From Macrostomum lignano (Eukaryota): 64,000 bases of DNA. The stretch's first letter is position 1. Every line of letters begins with the position of its first letter. The position numbers and the translations under genes are program-made. Shown here piece after piece: positions 1 to 12,438 of the stretch. The notes below the pieces were generated by a model, which ran no database searches, was not told the origin of the DNA, and saw only the letters and a program-made list of their open reading frames with translations. The DNA lies in the NCBI GenBank assembly GCA_002269645.1, contig NIVC01000666.1:248001-312000 (forward strand). The letters run 5' to 3'.

Positions 1-408
1 GATAGATAGAAAGATAGATAGATAGATAGAAAGACAGATAGATAGATACATAGATAGATAGAGAGATAGATAGATAGATAGATAAATAGACAGATAGATA
101 GATAGATAGAAAGATAGATAGATAGATAAAAAGATAGATAGATAGATAGACAGATAGATAGATATATAGATATATAGATAGATAGACAGATAGACAGATA
201 GACAGATAGATAGACAGATAGATAGATAGATAGATAGACAGATAGACAGATAGACAGATAGATATATAGACAAATAGACAGATAGATAGATAGACAGATA
301 GATATATAGACAGATAGATAGATATATAGATAGATAGATAGACAGATAGATAGATATATAGATAGATAGACAGATAGATATATAGACAAATAGACAGATA
401 GATAGATA
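1..408. repeat. (GATA)n/(GACA)n microsatellite
   Basis: Continuous gata/gaca tetramers from the window start. Confidence 0.98.
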
Positions 409-869
409 AGCAACACTTACAGCCAGATGCAGCACAGCCTGTGCCCCACCCACTCAAGCTCAGTCTAAAGAGTTAAACTGGATTCAGCCAGGCAGCAACA
501 GACATAAATTAGGGGCAGGAGAAAGCAGACGCCACCCCAGAGTCAAAATTGGAATGCAGTCAGACGAGTGGGCAGGGGGGCTAATTAATAAAAGCCGCCA
601 GTGAAATGGAGACTGTAAATAAACCAGTCAGACTGACTTTTTTAAACACTGTCGCTCCAGCAGCACAATGGAATGCTCAAGCCAGGAAGGCGCATGAACT
701 GACAAATGAGACTTGAGGGGGCGGGGGAGGGGGCGATGACTGGCATTCCTGCTCCGCGCTCTTTGATCTCAAACGAAATACCGCATTGTTTATCTTCATT
801 TGCTGTTATAACCATTTTATTATAACTTCTGGGTTATATTTTACGAATAATTCAGACCTAGCCTTACGG

Positions 870-1885
870 GGGAATGCAGACTCAGAGGAGAATGAAGACT
901 CAAAGAGGAATGCAGACTCACAGGGGAATGCAAGCTCACAGGGGAATGCAGACTCAAGAGAGGAATGCAGACTCAAGAGGGGAATGCAGACTCAAGAGAG
1001 GAATGCAGACTCAAGAGGGGAATGCAGACTCAAGAGGGGAATGCAGACTCAAGAGGGGAATGCAGACTCAAGAGGGGAATGCAGACTCAAGAGGGGAATG
1101 CAGACTCAAGAGGGGAATGCAGACTCAAGAGGGGAATGCAGACTCAAGAGGGGAATGCAGACTCAAGAGAGGAATGCAGACTCAAGAGGGGAATGCAGAC
1201 TCAAGAGGGGAATGCAGACTCAAGAGGGGAATGCAGACTCAAGAGAGGAATGCAGACTCAAGAGGGGAATGCAGACTCAAGAGGGGAATGCAGACTCAAG
1301 AGAGGAATGCAGACTTAAGAGGGGAATGCAGACTCAAGAGGGGAATGCAGACTCAAGAGAGGAATGCAGACTTAAGAGGGGAATGCAGACTCAAGAGGGG
1401 AATGCAGACTCAAGAGAGGAATGCAGACTCAAGAGAGGAATGCAGACTCAAGAGAGGAATGCAGACTCAAGAGGGGAATGCAGACTCAAGAGAGGAATGC
1501 AGACTCAAGAGAGGAATGCAGACTCAAGAGAGGAATGCAGACTCAAGAGGGGAATGCAGACTCAAGAGGGGAATGCAGACTCAAGAGGGGAATGCAGACT
1601 CACAGGGGAATGCAGACTCAAGAGAGGAATGCAGACTCACAGGGGAATGCAGACTCAGAGGAGAATGAAGACTCAAAGAGGAATGCAGACTTAAAAGGGG
1701 AATGCAGACTCACAGGGGAATGCAGACTCAAGAGAGGAATGCAGACTCACAGGGGAATGCAGTCTCAAGAGGGGAATGCAGACTCACAGGGGAATTCAGA
1801 CTCACAGGGGAATGCAGACTCACAGGGGAATGCAGACTCACAGGGGAATGCAGACTCACAGGGGAATGCAGACTCAGAGGAATGT
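870..1885. repeat. 19-bp minisatellite (GAATGCAGACTCAAGAGGG) with an 18-bp variant
   Basis: Direct tandem copies; explains the repetitive ORFs at 786-1982. Confidence 0.97.
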
Positions 1886-2369
1886 AGACTCAGAAATGCA
1901 GATATGTTCTCAAGCTGCTCATTTTGCGCCGCAGTCAGAACAGCGAAAAAAAACAGCCAAATTTGGCAGTCAACCCACTTGACATGCGCATGTTTGGGGG
2001 ACACCCAACCCACTACTATGAGCGTATGCTGTTTTACATTTGCTCACATGGGTCTAAATTTAGCAACAGTAAAGTCTACTTTTTCATAATTATCAGGCGA
2101 CTCCAGACTGCACTGCCAATAAACTAGTGACTCATGACTCATGCCATCCACAGCAAAGATTAATAAAAATGATCGTAACTTATCTTTGCTTTGCTACTAT
2201 GAGTAGACAAAGAGAAAAACAATCGGGTCATAATTTCTCTTCTTTAGATTTGGCGGTGAATAAAAATTCTAATAGATAAAACCGTTTTATTGAAGTCGAT
2301 TCATACTACTATAGAGAGTCATCAGTAGTCTAATTAGTCTAAAATGCATTTTATCATTTGCGTCACAAA

Positions 2370-5300
2370 TCAAATCGAGCCGAACAGGAGGCCGGCCAGG
2401 GCGCGCAGAAACTCGGCCTTCTTGGCTGACTCGACTTCGTGCAGCCAGTCGGGCCGGTTGCACGAGTTCAGCTCCATGGCGCGGGCCGCGCGCACGAATT
2501 TGTCCCGTTTGGCTAGGGCGCCGCGGCGGGCGCTGGACACAGTGAGGATCTCCAACAGGCTGAGATCCCACAGGTAGGGCAGCGTGCAGTCCGACAGATC
2601 GGGACCGCCGGACGGGTCGGACAGAAGGCGGACAGCCGATGCCTGCGGTGGGGCGGACAGGTCATTGAGCTCCATAGAGACGCTATTGTAACCAAGGTAA
2701 CACTGTAACAGGCCTAGAAATGAATACAACAGCCCTAGCAACCAACCTAACAGCCCTAGCAACAAACCCAACAGCCCTAGAAACCAACCTAACAGCCCTA
2801 GCAACAAACCCAACAGCCCTAGCAACAAACCCAACAGCCCTAGCAACCAACCCAACAGCCCTCGCAACAAACCCAACAGCCCTCGCAACAAACCCAAAAG
2901 CCCTCGCAACTAACCCAACAGCCCTAGCAACAAACTCAACAGCCCTAGCAACTAACAACCCAACAGCCCTAGCAACAAACCCAACAGCCCTGCAACCAAC
3001 CCAACAGCCCTAGCAACAAACCCAACAGCCCTAGCAACAAACCCAACAGCCCTGCAACCAACCCAACAGCCCTAGCAACAAACCCAACAGCCCTAGCAAC
3101 AAACCCAACAGCCCTGCAACCAACCCAACAGCCCTAGCAACAAACCCAACAGCCCTAGCACTGTATCTACAGATCCCATAGCATACAGAAGCCCCAGTAA
3201 CAAAGCAAGCAGCCATAGCAACTAGCCCATTTCCTTGGCAACATCCGGTCGGCAACTAACCTGGTCTGGCACAGACTGGGCCAATATACCGGCGCAGCTG
3301 CGCATTCCAAGCAGCTCGCAGCAGCGCGCCATCCTGCGCACAGCATCGTCGCTAAACAGTTGAATCGGCAGGGGCCGTTCGAACAGTTCGGTAGCGGCGA
3401 TGGCGGCCTCCAAGTAGCAGCGCAGGGCCAGCGAAGGCTCGCGCTCTGCATAAGCCAGGTCGGCCCTGGTCAGCAGCCAGCTGGGGTTGGCGGGCTGAAG
3501 CCGAACTGCGGTGTCCAGCAGCTCGCCAAGAGCTCGCCGGGTCACGGCCCGATGAAGCGCGGTGGGCAGGCGGACTGGCAGCTGGTCCGGCCACAGCTGC
3601 GGACAGGAGGAGTGCACTGGCGAGTTCAGGTCGGTGCAGGCCAGGCAGGTGAGCTTGGCCAGCAGCGACAGCAGCAGGTCGACGTGCTGCTCGGAGCGGA
3701 GGCTGCGCAACAGGCGGTGCAGGCAGCGACGAGCGAAGCCCAGCTCGGCCGGGCTGCCTGCCGAGGCGCCGCCGTTGCCCGCCGGGGCTCCAGCTGGTGT
3801 CCTGCGGGGTCGGCAATCAAGTTATTAGAGAATAAAATCAATTCATCGCTACGATGTCGCCGAAGGTGTTGCGCCAGGGTGCCCGCAGCCCTCCTGAGAA
3901 TATTTATTTTATTGCTTTGCCTACAGACAGCTGGTCACGTGACAGCTCACAAGTCTAGAAGTTAGAGATGGCGACATCCACTGGCCCATAAGTTAGGAGG
4001 TCACGTGACCTCTGTCATAAGTTAGGAGGTCACGTGACCTCTGTCAGACCCATAAGTTCAGAGGTCATGTGACCTGTCAGACCCATAAGTTAGTAGATCA
4101 CGTGACCTCTGTCAGACCATAAGTTAGGTCATGTGACCTGTCAGACCCATAAGTTTGGAGGTCACGTGACCTGTCAGACCCATAAGTTCAGAGGTCATGT
4201 GACCTGTCAGACCCATAAGTTAGGAGGTCACGTGACCTGTCAGACCCATAAGTTAGTAGGTCACGTGACCTCTATTAGACCCATAAGTTAAGAGGTCACG
4301 TGACCTCTGTCATAAGTTAGGTCACGTGACCTCTGTCAGACCCATAAGAAACGAGTTGTAAAGCAGTGGTCACGTGACTTACACCTAAACTAGGTCATTA
4401 ATCCAAGGAGGGGTCAATTGACGTACTGTGGTTTTTCCGCACTAGTCTGTTGGTGAGTTTTAAGCTACCGCTAACCGATTATAAAAACCCGATCTCCTCA
4501 CCTCTTGCCGCCGCCCAGTGTCACAAAGAATCGTCCAATTCGAGCCCAAAGGTCGGCGTGACTTGGCGACTTCTGAGCCAACAAGCCGGAGCTGGCACTG
4601 CTGGCGGCGGTCGCGGCTGAGTCCCGGTCGGCGGCAGCCAGCATGAGCAGTCTGGCAAAATCGATACAGTAGTTGGCAGCCGTGGCCTGCTGATGATGCC
4701 GCCCGCCTCCGCCACCGCCGCCAACGAACTGGGGCGGCAGGCGGCCGGCGGCGAGCAGCACGCAGCTGCCCAGCACCGCCAGATCCTCCGAGAAGCCCCC
4801 AGAGCTGCCGCCGCCGCCTTCCTGCATCTGGCGGAGCGCGGATTCAACAGCCGGGGCCAGGTCGGCGGGACGGGGCAGGCCCGTTGCTAAGCAACTGGTC
4901 GCGTCTAAAAGCAGCAACGAGAGCTGATACTGCTGTTGCTGCTTCTGCTGCTGGGATTGGGAGGCCAGCAACCGTCTGGCCAGCTGGAACTCCTCGGTTC
5001 GCTGCAGAACGGAAGCTTTCCCTGCCAGCACCGCGGCAGTTGCTGCTGTCGTCGTGTTGACCGGCGCCAGAAGCTGCTGCTGGCGCTGATGATGAGGCTG
5101 ATGCAGAAGAGGCTGCACCGCCTGCTGCTGCCGGGAGGTGGGCGGCAGCCAGGCCTGGCACAGCCCGGCCACGGACTGCGGGCTCCAGCTGTGCTGACGG
5201 CACAGGCGCTCCACCAGGCTGGCCACCTCGGCAGGCTGGTAGGTGTACAGCAGGCGGAGGTCGTCAGCCGACTGTCCGGGAGTCGCCGCCTCCACCTCCT

Positions 5301-8300
5301 GGTGGAACGCCTTGGCCTCGTCGTCGGCAGCCGACGGCCCGGCATCGTCGGCATCTTCAGCATCGTCGTCGGTGTCGAGTCCGCAGTCCAAGTCTGCGTC
5401 GTCGCACCCGGCACCAGCGTCGGGATGTTCGCCGAGGAGCCGCTGCCGCTCCTCCTGCAGCAGGTTGTCCTCGGCCAGGGCCAGCCGGCCAAGTCGGCCG
5501 CAGCTGGCGCGGGCTTCAAACGGCGCAACACGTGGCGCAACAAACGGCGCAGCGACTGCCGGCGTTTGTCGACGCCTGGGCCGCCGCAGGAGCTCCGGTT
5601 TGGGCCAACCGCTGCGGCGGTGGCCGCGTTCAGGAGAAAGCGAAGGCCGCGACCGCCGTGGGCAGCCAGCAAGCGGTGATAGTCCAGCAGCATGGAGCCG
5701 CAGGAGGCGGCGGCGGCCTCTCCACTAACAGCCTGGGTGGCCGCTTGGCGAACCAGGCGACAGGTGCGAACCTTGGTAGGAAGGAGTTGGAATTTGATGA
5801 CCCCGGCAAGAAATGAATTATTACCATTTTTATCATTTACAGATTCCCGTGTAACTTATTGGACTTCAAATCCTATATGACAATCTACTACGATCCCAGA
5901 TCCCAATCTGATCCCAGATCACAATCCGATCCCAGATCCCAATCTGATCCCAGATCCCAATCTGATTCCAGATCCCAATCCGATCCCAGATCCCAATCTG
6001 ATTCCAGATCCCAATCTGATCCCAGATTCCAATCCGATCCCAGATCCCTATCTGATCCCAGATCCCAATCTGATTCCAGATCCCAATCTGATTCCAGATC
6101 CCAATCTGATTCCAGATCCCAATCTGATCCCAGATTTCAATCCGATCCCAGATCCCAAACCGATCCCAAATCCCAATCTGATCCCAAATCAATCTGATCC
6201 CAGATCCCAATCTGATCCCAGATCACAATTTGATCCCAGATCCCAATCTGATCAAAGATCACAATCTGATCCCAGATCCCTATCTGATCCCAGATCCCAA
6301 TCTGATCCCAAATCAATCTGATCCCAGATCCCAATCTGATCCCAAATCAATCTGATCCCAGATCCCAATCTGATCCCAGATCCCAATCTGATCCCAGATC
6401 ACAATTTGATCCCAGATCCCAATCTGATCCCAGATCAAAATCTGATCCCAGATCCCAATCTGATCCCAGATCCCAAACCGATCCCAGATCCCAAACCGAC
6501 CCCAGATCCCAATCTGATCCCAGATCCCAAACCGATCCTAGATCCCAATCTGATCGCAGATCCTAGATCCAAATCCGATCCCAGATCCCAATCCGATCCC
6601 AGATCCCAATCTGATCCCAAATCCCAATCCGATCCCAGATCCCAAACCGATCCCAATCCGATCCCAGATCCCAATCAAATCCCAGATCCTTCATCCCTCA
6701 CCTGGAACTTGACATCCGAGCTAACAGCGTCGCTGCTCTCGACCTCCTCGGCCATGCGGTCCCAGTAGAAGTCGGGCACAGGCGAGCTCTCGCCCCGGCC
6801 AATAAACCCGGCCAGCTCTTCGTCGACCAGCAGGCGGCCCAGACCGTCGCAGGAGCCGCCGGCGGCAGCTTGGCAAGCGTCCAGCTGGCGGAGCAGCGCC
6901 GATCGAGCCTCCAGGAGACGCGAGACGGAGCTGATTGGTTGGGAAAGGAGGAAAAAGACAGGTGAGACATTAATAACAATCGGCAATGATTGACAGGTGT
7001 AGCCAGATGTCATCTGGACTAAAAAATTTACCCTTATAGATGCTTTGCATGTGATTGGCTAAAATCATCAAATTTTTTAAAATAAAATTACTCTTTATAC
7101 TGTACTGTGGTTTGAATCATACATGCGAAACACCCGGCCAAAAATGCCCCACCAGAAAAATGCAGACGTAGTACTAATTAGATGCCGAGGTATTTAGCCT
7201 TGATAACACAGTCACTGTTACTCCTGCCGTTTACCCAAAAATTACGTCAATTATGGGTTGTTTCTTTCGTAGGCAAGTTGCAATTTTGGTCAAAAAGCAA
7301 GTCGCACGGCCGGTGTAAATCAGAGAGGGTTGCGCATGTATGCTTTGAATGTAGGTCTAAATATCAATGGAAGCTGAGAGCTCATCTCAGTCATACTTGG
7401 CAATGTCTACCCTATCATCACCATGTACCAGATCTATATTTACTCAGCTAAGTACCAACCCAATTGGGTGTTGGTACTGTCTGCGTCTATCCAGTTATCG
7501 ATAATGACCCAGGATTATCCTACCTGGCAACAAGGCATATTTTCAGACTCTGAGATCAGCTCGATGAGCGTTTCGCTCTACTTAGGCTCACTTTTTATTC
7601 TAGAGATCTTACTTTATAAAATTACAATATAAAAATAATATTTATATTTTGCGCGTACCGAATCGCAGTCAGGTAGGCCTCCAACAGCTGACGCGGCACC
7701 TCGGCGGAGTCCTCGGCGCTATAGGGGTCCTCGTTGAAACTCGCCATTGCTTCGTCAGATGCGGCCGGGCCGGCTGACACGAAATGATCGAATGCTTGCG
7801 AGTAGCGGCGCTGCATGAAGTAGTACTGGCCCAGCTCGAAGTGCACCAGGCACCTGCGAATGTGGGAGTTGCATGACCTCATTAGCTAGCTTCTTTGGGG
7901 ATTCTTACTATGTAGGATTTGGATTCTTAGATTGGGGATCTGGGTGTTTAGATTGGGGATCTAGGTGTTTAGATTGAGGATCTGGGTGTTTAGATTGGGG
8001 ATCTGGGTGTTTTGATTGGGGATATGGGTGTTTTGATTGGGGATCTGGATTCTTAGATTTGGGATCTGGGTGTTTAGATTGGGGATCTGGGTGTTTAGAT
8101 TGGGGATCTGGGTGTTTTGATTGGGGATCTGGATTCTTAGATTTGGGATCTGGGTGTTTAGATTGGGGATCTGGGTGCTTTGATTGGGGATCTGGATTCT
8201 TAGATTGGGGATCTGGGTGTTTAGATTGGGGATCTGGGTGTTTAGATTGGGGATCTGGGTGTTTTGATTGGGGATCTGGGTGTTTTGATTGGGGATCTGA

Positions 8301-10638
8301 ATTCTTAGATTGGGGATCTGGGTGTTTAGATTGGGGATCTGGATTCTTAGATTGGGGATCTGGGTTCTTAGATTGGGGATCTGGAATTTTAGATTTGGGA
8401 TCTGGATTCTTAGATTGGGGATCTGGATTCTTAGATTGGGGATCTGGATTATTAGATTGGGGATCTGGATTCTTAGATTGGGGATCTGGATTCTTAGATT
8501 GGGGATCTGGATTCTTAGATTGGGGATCTGGATTCTTAGATTAGGGATCCAGAATCTTAAGATTGGGATCCTGGATTCTTAGATTGGGGAACTGTATTCT
8601 TAGATTGGGGATCTGGATTCTTAGATTGGGGATCTGGATTCTTAAATTGGGGATCTGGATTCTTAAATTGGGGATCTGGATGTCTTGATTGGGGATCTAG
8701 ATCCCTAGCTTTTAAAGCCTAGAATCCAGAACAACCCAGCCAGTGCAAAGCCGAGACGCGCACCGCCAATAAGAGTTGTCCACAGGCTCGCAGGCAGACC
8801 AGTCAGGCTCAATCTCCGGCTCCGCAAGGGTCGGCACCAGAAAAGCGGCTGGTAACGGCCTGGCAACGCAGCCGTCTCCGTCTCGCTGTTGCTGATCTAA
8901 TTCGCCAATTAGGCATTCGAGACTGCGATCGACTCTGGCCATGAGGTGGCCAGCGATCTCCTGGGACTGGGCGCAGTGCAGCTCAGTGGACCTGTCCGTG
9001 ATGCCAGCCACGCCTTGCACCATTGAGCGGAGCGGCTTCTTCACGTAGTTCTCTTCAACTAGACAGCGCAGGGCCCACCGGTGGTACAGCTGGTACAGCC
9101 AGCGGGCGCACGGCCGCAGCCCGCTGTCCGCTGGCGGGCTGTAGGGGTCCGGGAGACCGGCACAGGCACACAGCCATAGGAACAGGCGGTGAGCCAGTGC
9201 TATGGGCAATTTGCGTGCGGTTCTGCCCAGGCGGTAGTGCAGCTGGGCCAGGATCTTGGCTGAGAGGCTGAGCAGGACTCGCCACTGCTGCGACTCGCTG
9301 CCCTGGTAGGTTGAAGAGATTCTGGGTTATATACCCAATCAGTCTTGGTAGTGTCTACCCAATCAGTCTTGGTAGTGTCTACCCAATCAGTCTTGGTAGT
9401 GTCTACCCAATCAGTCTTGGTTGTGTCTACCCAACCACACTTAGTAGTGTCTACCCAATCAGTCTTGGTAGTGTCTACCCAATCAGTCTTGGTAGTGTCT
9501 ACCCAATCCGTCTTGGTAGTGTCTACCCAATCCGTCTTGGTAGTGTCTACCCAATCAGTCTTGGTAGTGTCTACCCAATAACACTTGGTAGTGTCTACCC
9601 AACCACACTTAGTAGTGTCTACCCAATCAGTCTTGGTTGTGTCTACCCAACCACACTTAGTAGTGTCTACCCAATCAGTCTTGGTAGTGTCTACCCAATC
9701 AGTCTTGGTAGTGTCTACCCAATCAGTCTTGGTTGTGTCTACCCAATCAGTCTTGGTTGTGTCTACCCAACCACACTTAGTAGTGTCTACCCAACCACAC
9801 TTAATAGTGTCTACCCAATCAGACTTGGTAGTGTCTACCCAAACACATGTGGCACAGTCTTCCCAATCATACTTGATACTGTGTCAACAAAATTATCACT
9901 ATTTACAAAATATCTCTTGGTTCTTTCTCATAATTATGTATTCATCAATGCATCAATACAAATTGTCAACCCATTGACCCATTCAGTATTTATGATAGTC
10001 CACTCAACTTTACATTGATTTTTTCTATCTACTTGTAATTTATAACCTAATTATAGAACCAGCATATAGAATTTAATTTATTAATAAAACATCCAATAAT
10101 GTAATCATCTTGCTTAATATAATTTGTCCCATTTTTTGTTTTTATTATTATTTTAATAATAATAATAATATTAATAATAATAATATAACTGATTACACCT
10201 GCCCCAATTGGGCAGCACATCTGAAGGCTGTGTATAGCTATTCAGTCCAGGGACTGGGGGGTCGCCACACACACCCTCAATTACCCCAGCTAATGCTGAC
10301 ACCCATTTTACAGCTGGGTAAACTGAAGCAATGCAGAGTTAAGTGTCTTGCTCAAGGACACAAATTGTTCCAGTGGGATTGGGAATCGAACCCCCAGCCT
10401 TCAAGTTGTGAGTCCAATGCTCTAACCACTAGGCTATAACAAATTATTTTATACATTGATAAAACAATAATTTTATAGTACTCACTTGTTCTTTGCCATC
10501 ATATTGCCTTGAATGATCTAGAAAATGCCGCAAATACTTTAGAAGCTGTTTATCAGAGGCTGAGCCAGTATTTAATAAGGAATCCAAATTTTCAGGATTG
10601 ATTACAAAGTTGAACCAATCTTCATGTGCATGAATCAT
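2370..10638 (-). CDS. INTS8: Integrator complex subunit 8; exons complement(10486-10638, 8764-9302, 7659-7853, 6702-6930, 4502-5771, 3261-3801, 2370-2642), ~1066 aa; one base appears to be missing in exon 5
   Basis: N-terminal DWFNFVINPENL..QLLKYLRHFL, LYHRWALRCLVEENYVKK and CLVHFELGQYYF, plus C-terminal LRCYLEAAIAATELF..DDAVRRMARCC and YLWDLSLLEIL..MELNSCN..KKAEFLRALAGLLF, match INTS8 as I recall it. All introns are GT-AG and phases agree except in exon 5. Confidence 0.92.
2705..3160. repeat. 21-bp minisatellite (ACAGCCCTAGCAACAAACCCA), INTS8 intron 6
   Basis: Tandem copies fill the intron. Confidence 0.95.
3985..4380. repeat. ~33-35-bp minisatellite carrying the palindrome GTCACGTGAC, INTS8 intron 5
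   Basis: Repeated ggtcacgtgacc(tc)tgtcagacccataagtt units. Confidence 0.9.
5890..6690. repeat. 18-bp minisatellite (GATCCCAGATCCCAATCT), INTS8 intron 4
   Basis: Tandem copies fill the intron. Confidence 0.96.
7915..8700. repeat. 21-bp minisatellite (GATTGGGGATCTGGATTCTTA / ...GGGTGTTTA), INTS8 intron 2
   Basis: Tandem copies fill the intron. Confidence 0.96.
9330..9850. repeat. 24-bp minisatellite (GTAGTGTCTACCCAATCAGTCTTG), INTS8 intron 1
   Basis: Tandem copies. Confidence 0.96.
10140..10438 (-). mobile_element. tRNA-derived SINE with a CORE-like domain and (ATT)n tail
   Basis: Minus strand reads TAGCCTAGTGG (A box) and GGTTCGATTCC (B box). It continues GTGTCCTTGAGCAAGACACTTAACTCTGCATTGCTTCAGTTTACCCAGCTGTAAAATGGG, which resembles the MIR CORE as I recall it (GTGACCTTGGGCAAGTCACTTAACCTC..CTCAGTTTCCTCATCTGTAAAATGGG). 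The tail is at ~10140-10190. Confidence 0.8.
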
Positions 10639-12438
10639 TATTATACTTATCTGCCAATGACTATATTCTATGTTGCTGGAATGTAATAATCATTTACATA
10701 TATTAAAAAATCAATATTTTGATAAAACAACAATGGCTTTAACTCAAATCAATAGGGTATGTAGACCTACACTATATATGTTGGCATGCAAATTTTAAAT
10801 AAAATTGTAACCAAGTAATGAACTAACTAAAACAGTCCTACCATAGCTATATAATTAGCTATGGGAAGTATAGATACTTCAATATAAATACTTTGCAGAA
10901 CATATATATGGTTAAAGGAATGCATATTTCCCCTATATCTAGTTCTTATTAGGTTGATAAGAAAGTTCTTGCTGTTTCTAGAAAATTCCAGAAACTTTTT
11001 TACAGAATGTTCTGGAACTTTTTTCTAGAATTACTGAATTACTTTGTTTGAATTACTTCGTTGAATAACTTTGTTGTTATACTCATAAAATCTCGGTTTA
11101 TTAAAATGAAGAGAAAATGGCAAGAACTTTCTTATCAACCGGATATATCTAATAATATTAGCTACTCAACAATAGAGACTTAAAAGATCATTTGAGCTTT
11201 TGGTTTAATAGATAATAAGGGGGTAGAGTAGTAGAAATAAATTAATTTTACTAGTTTCAAAATTTTTATGAAAGGAACTCCTTGATATTAGACTTAAGCA
11301 ATAAAGATTTTGCATAATTAAGGTAGCAAGACCTAATATTAAAATGAATATAGTCCTAACTATTTTCTTCTACAAAAATGATACATTAATGAATAAAAGA
11401 AAACTATTATCATTGGATTAAATATCATTAAAAGTTTACTGTAATCTATTGCTTAAACATATCAAAAAACAAACTTTGAATAACTGTTTTTATTTCTTTT
11501 AGGTGCTTTTTAATTAAACTGTTATATTCCTATGAAACCCTAATTATGTTGCCTACAAACTGTAATCTAAATAGCAGCTATTAGTGCAGTAAACAGACAG
11601 ACATGCTAATAGATAGATAAGAAGGTAGGCACATAGGTAGGCAGTCTAAATTATTGCAATTTGGGTGGCATTTAATTTGGCAATGTTTTTACTTTGTTCA
11701 TTTTCTTTGCCAATGAACTTTATACTCTATATGATACTATTATTATAATAGCAATTATACAATAAAATATACATTTAGAACATATATATTAAAGGTTAGA
11801 TAGACTATTTTTTACCTTAAGACCAGATAGAGATAGAGAACCTAGCATATGATTGCAGGTCCAGAAGAGGAGAAGAAAAAAAAGAAGAAAGATGAAGAAA
11901 GAAAAGGTGAGGACAAGAGAGAGATAAGAGAGAAAGATTAAAGAGTAGGGACCTAAGAAGTAAAAATGTTTTTGTATATATATTCTTCACTAAGGAGCCT
12001 AGGGACCCTGGGGTTTTAGCAAAAAAATCTTTTGGTATCCAAGGCACAATTTTTTTAGGGAATTGGCACCCCTAAGCTAGGTCAATATTATATATATATA
12101 AATAGGCCAAGGCTATAGGAAAAATTTAGATATGGCAACAAATATAGTATAGCCTAAATATAGGAAAATTTTGGTAGAACTCCTAAAAATATAATTTTTA
12201 ATAAGAAAATATTTATATAAACCTTACTTTTAAATAAAACTATTATTTTTTTGCTTTTAACTTTGCTTTTAATTGGCAATGCTTATTCCTACAGTACTAT
12301 AGAAATATTAAAATATTAAGAATATTTTCTATTCTTATAGGCCTACATTACTGTAAAGATAGGCCTAAACTTTGCTTTTATTTAATATCTATTTTACTAT
12401 TGAATATTAAGCCTTGTAATAGGTCTATAAAGCTTAAT

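Noticed and set aside
410-560. Possible minus-strand exon ending at GCT|GTAAGT next to the GATA repeat
   Set aside because: Donor-like site only; no recognisable protein or partner exon in the window.
786-2089. Several 100-300-aa ORFs (MQTQEGNADSRGECRLKRG...)
   Set aside because: Translations of the 19-bp minisatellite in all frames.
7315-7425. Possible minus-strand C/D snoRNA in INTS8 intron 3 (GTGATGA...CTGA)
   Set aside because: No convincing terminal stem and no rRNA/snRNA target that I could recognise.
10375-10438. tRNA gene
   Set aside because: A/B boxes are present but continue into a CORE-like body and tail, so it is a SINE head.
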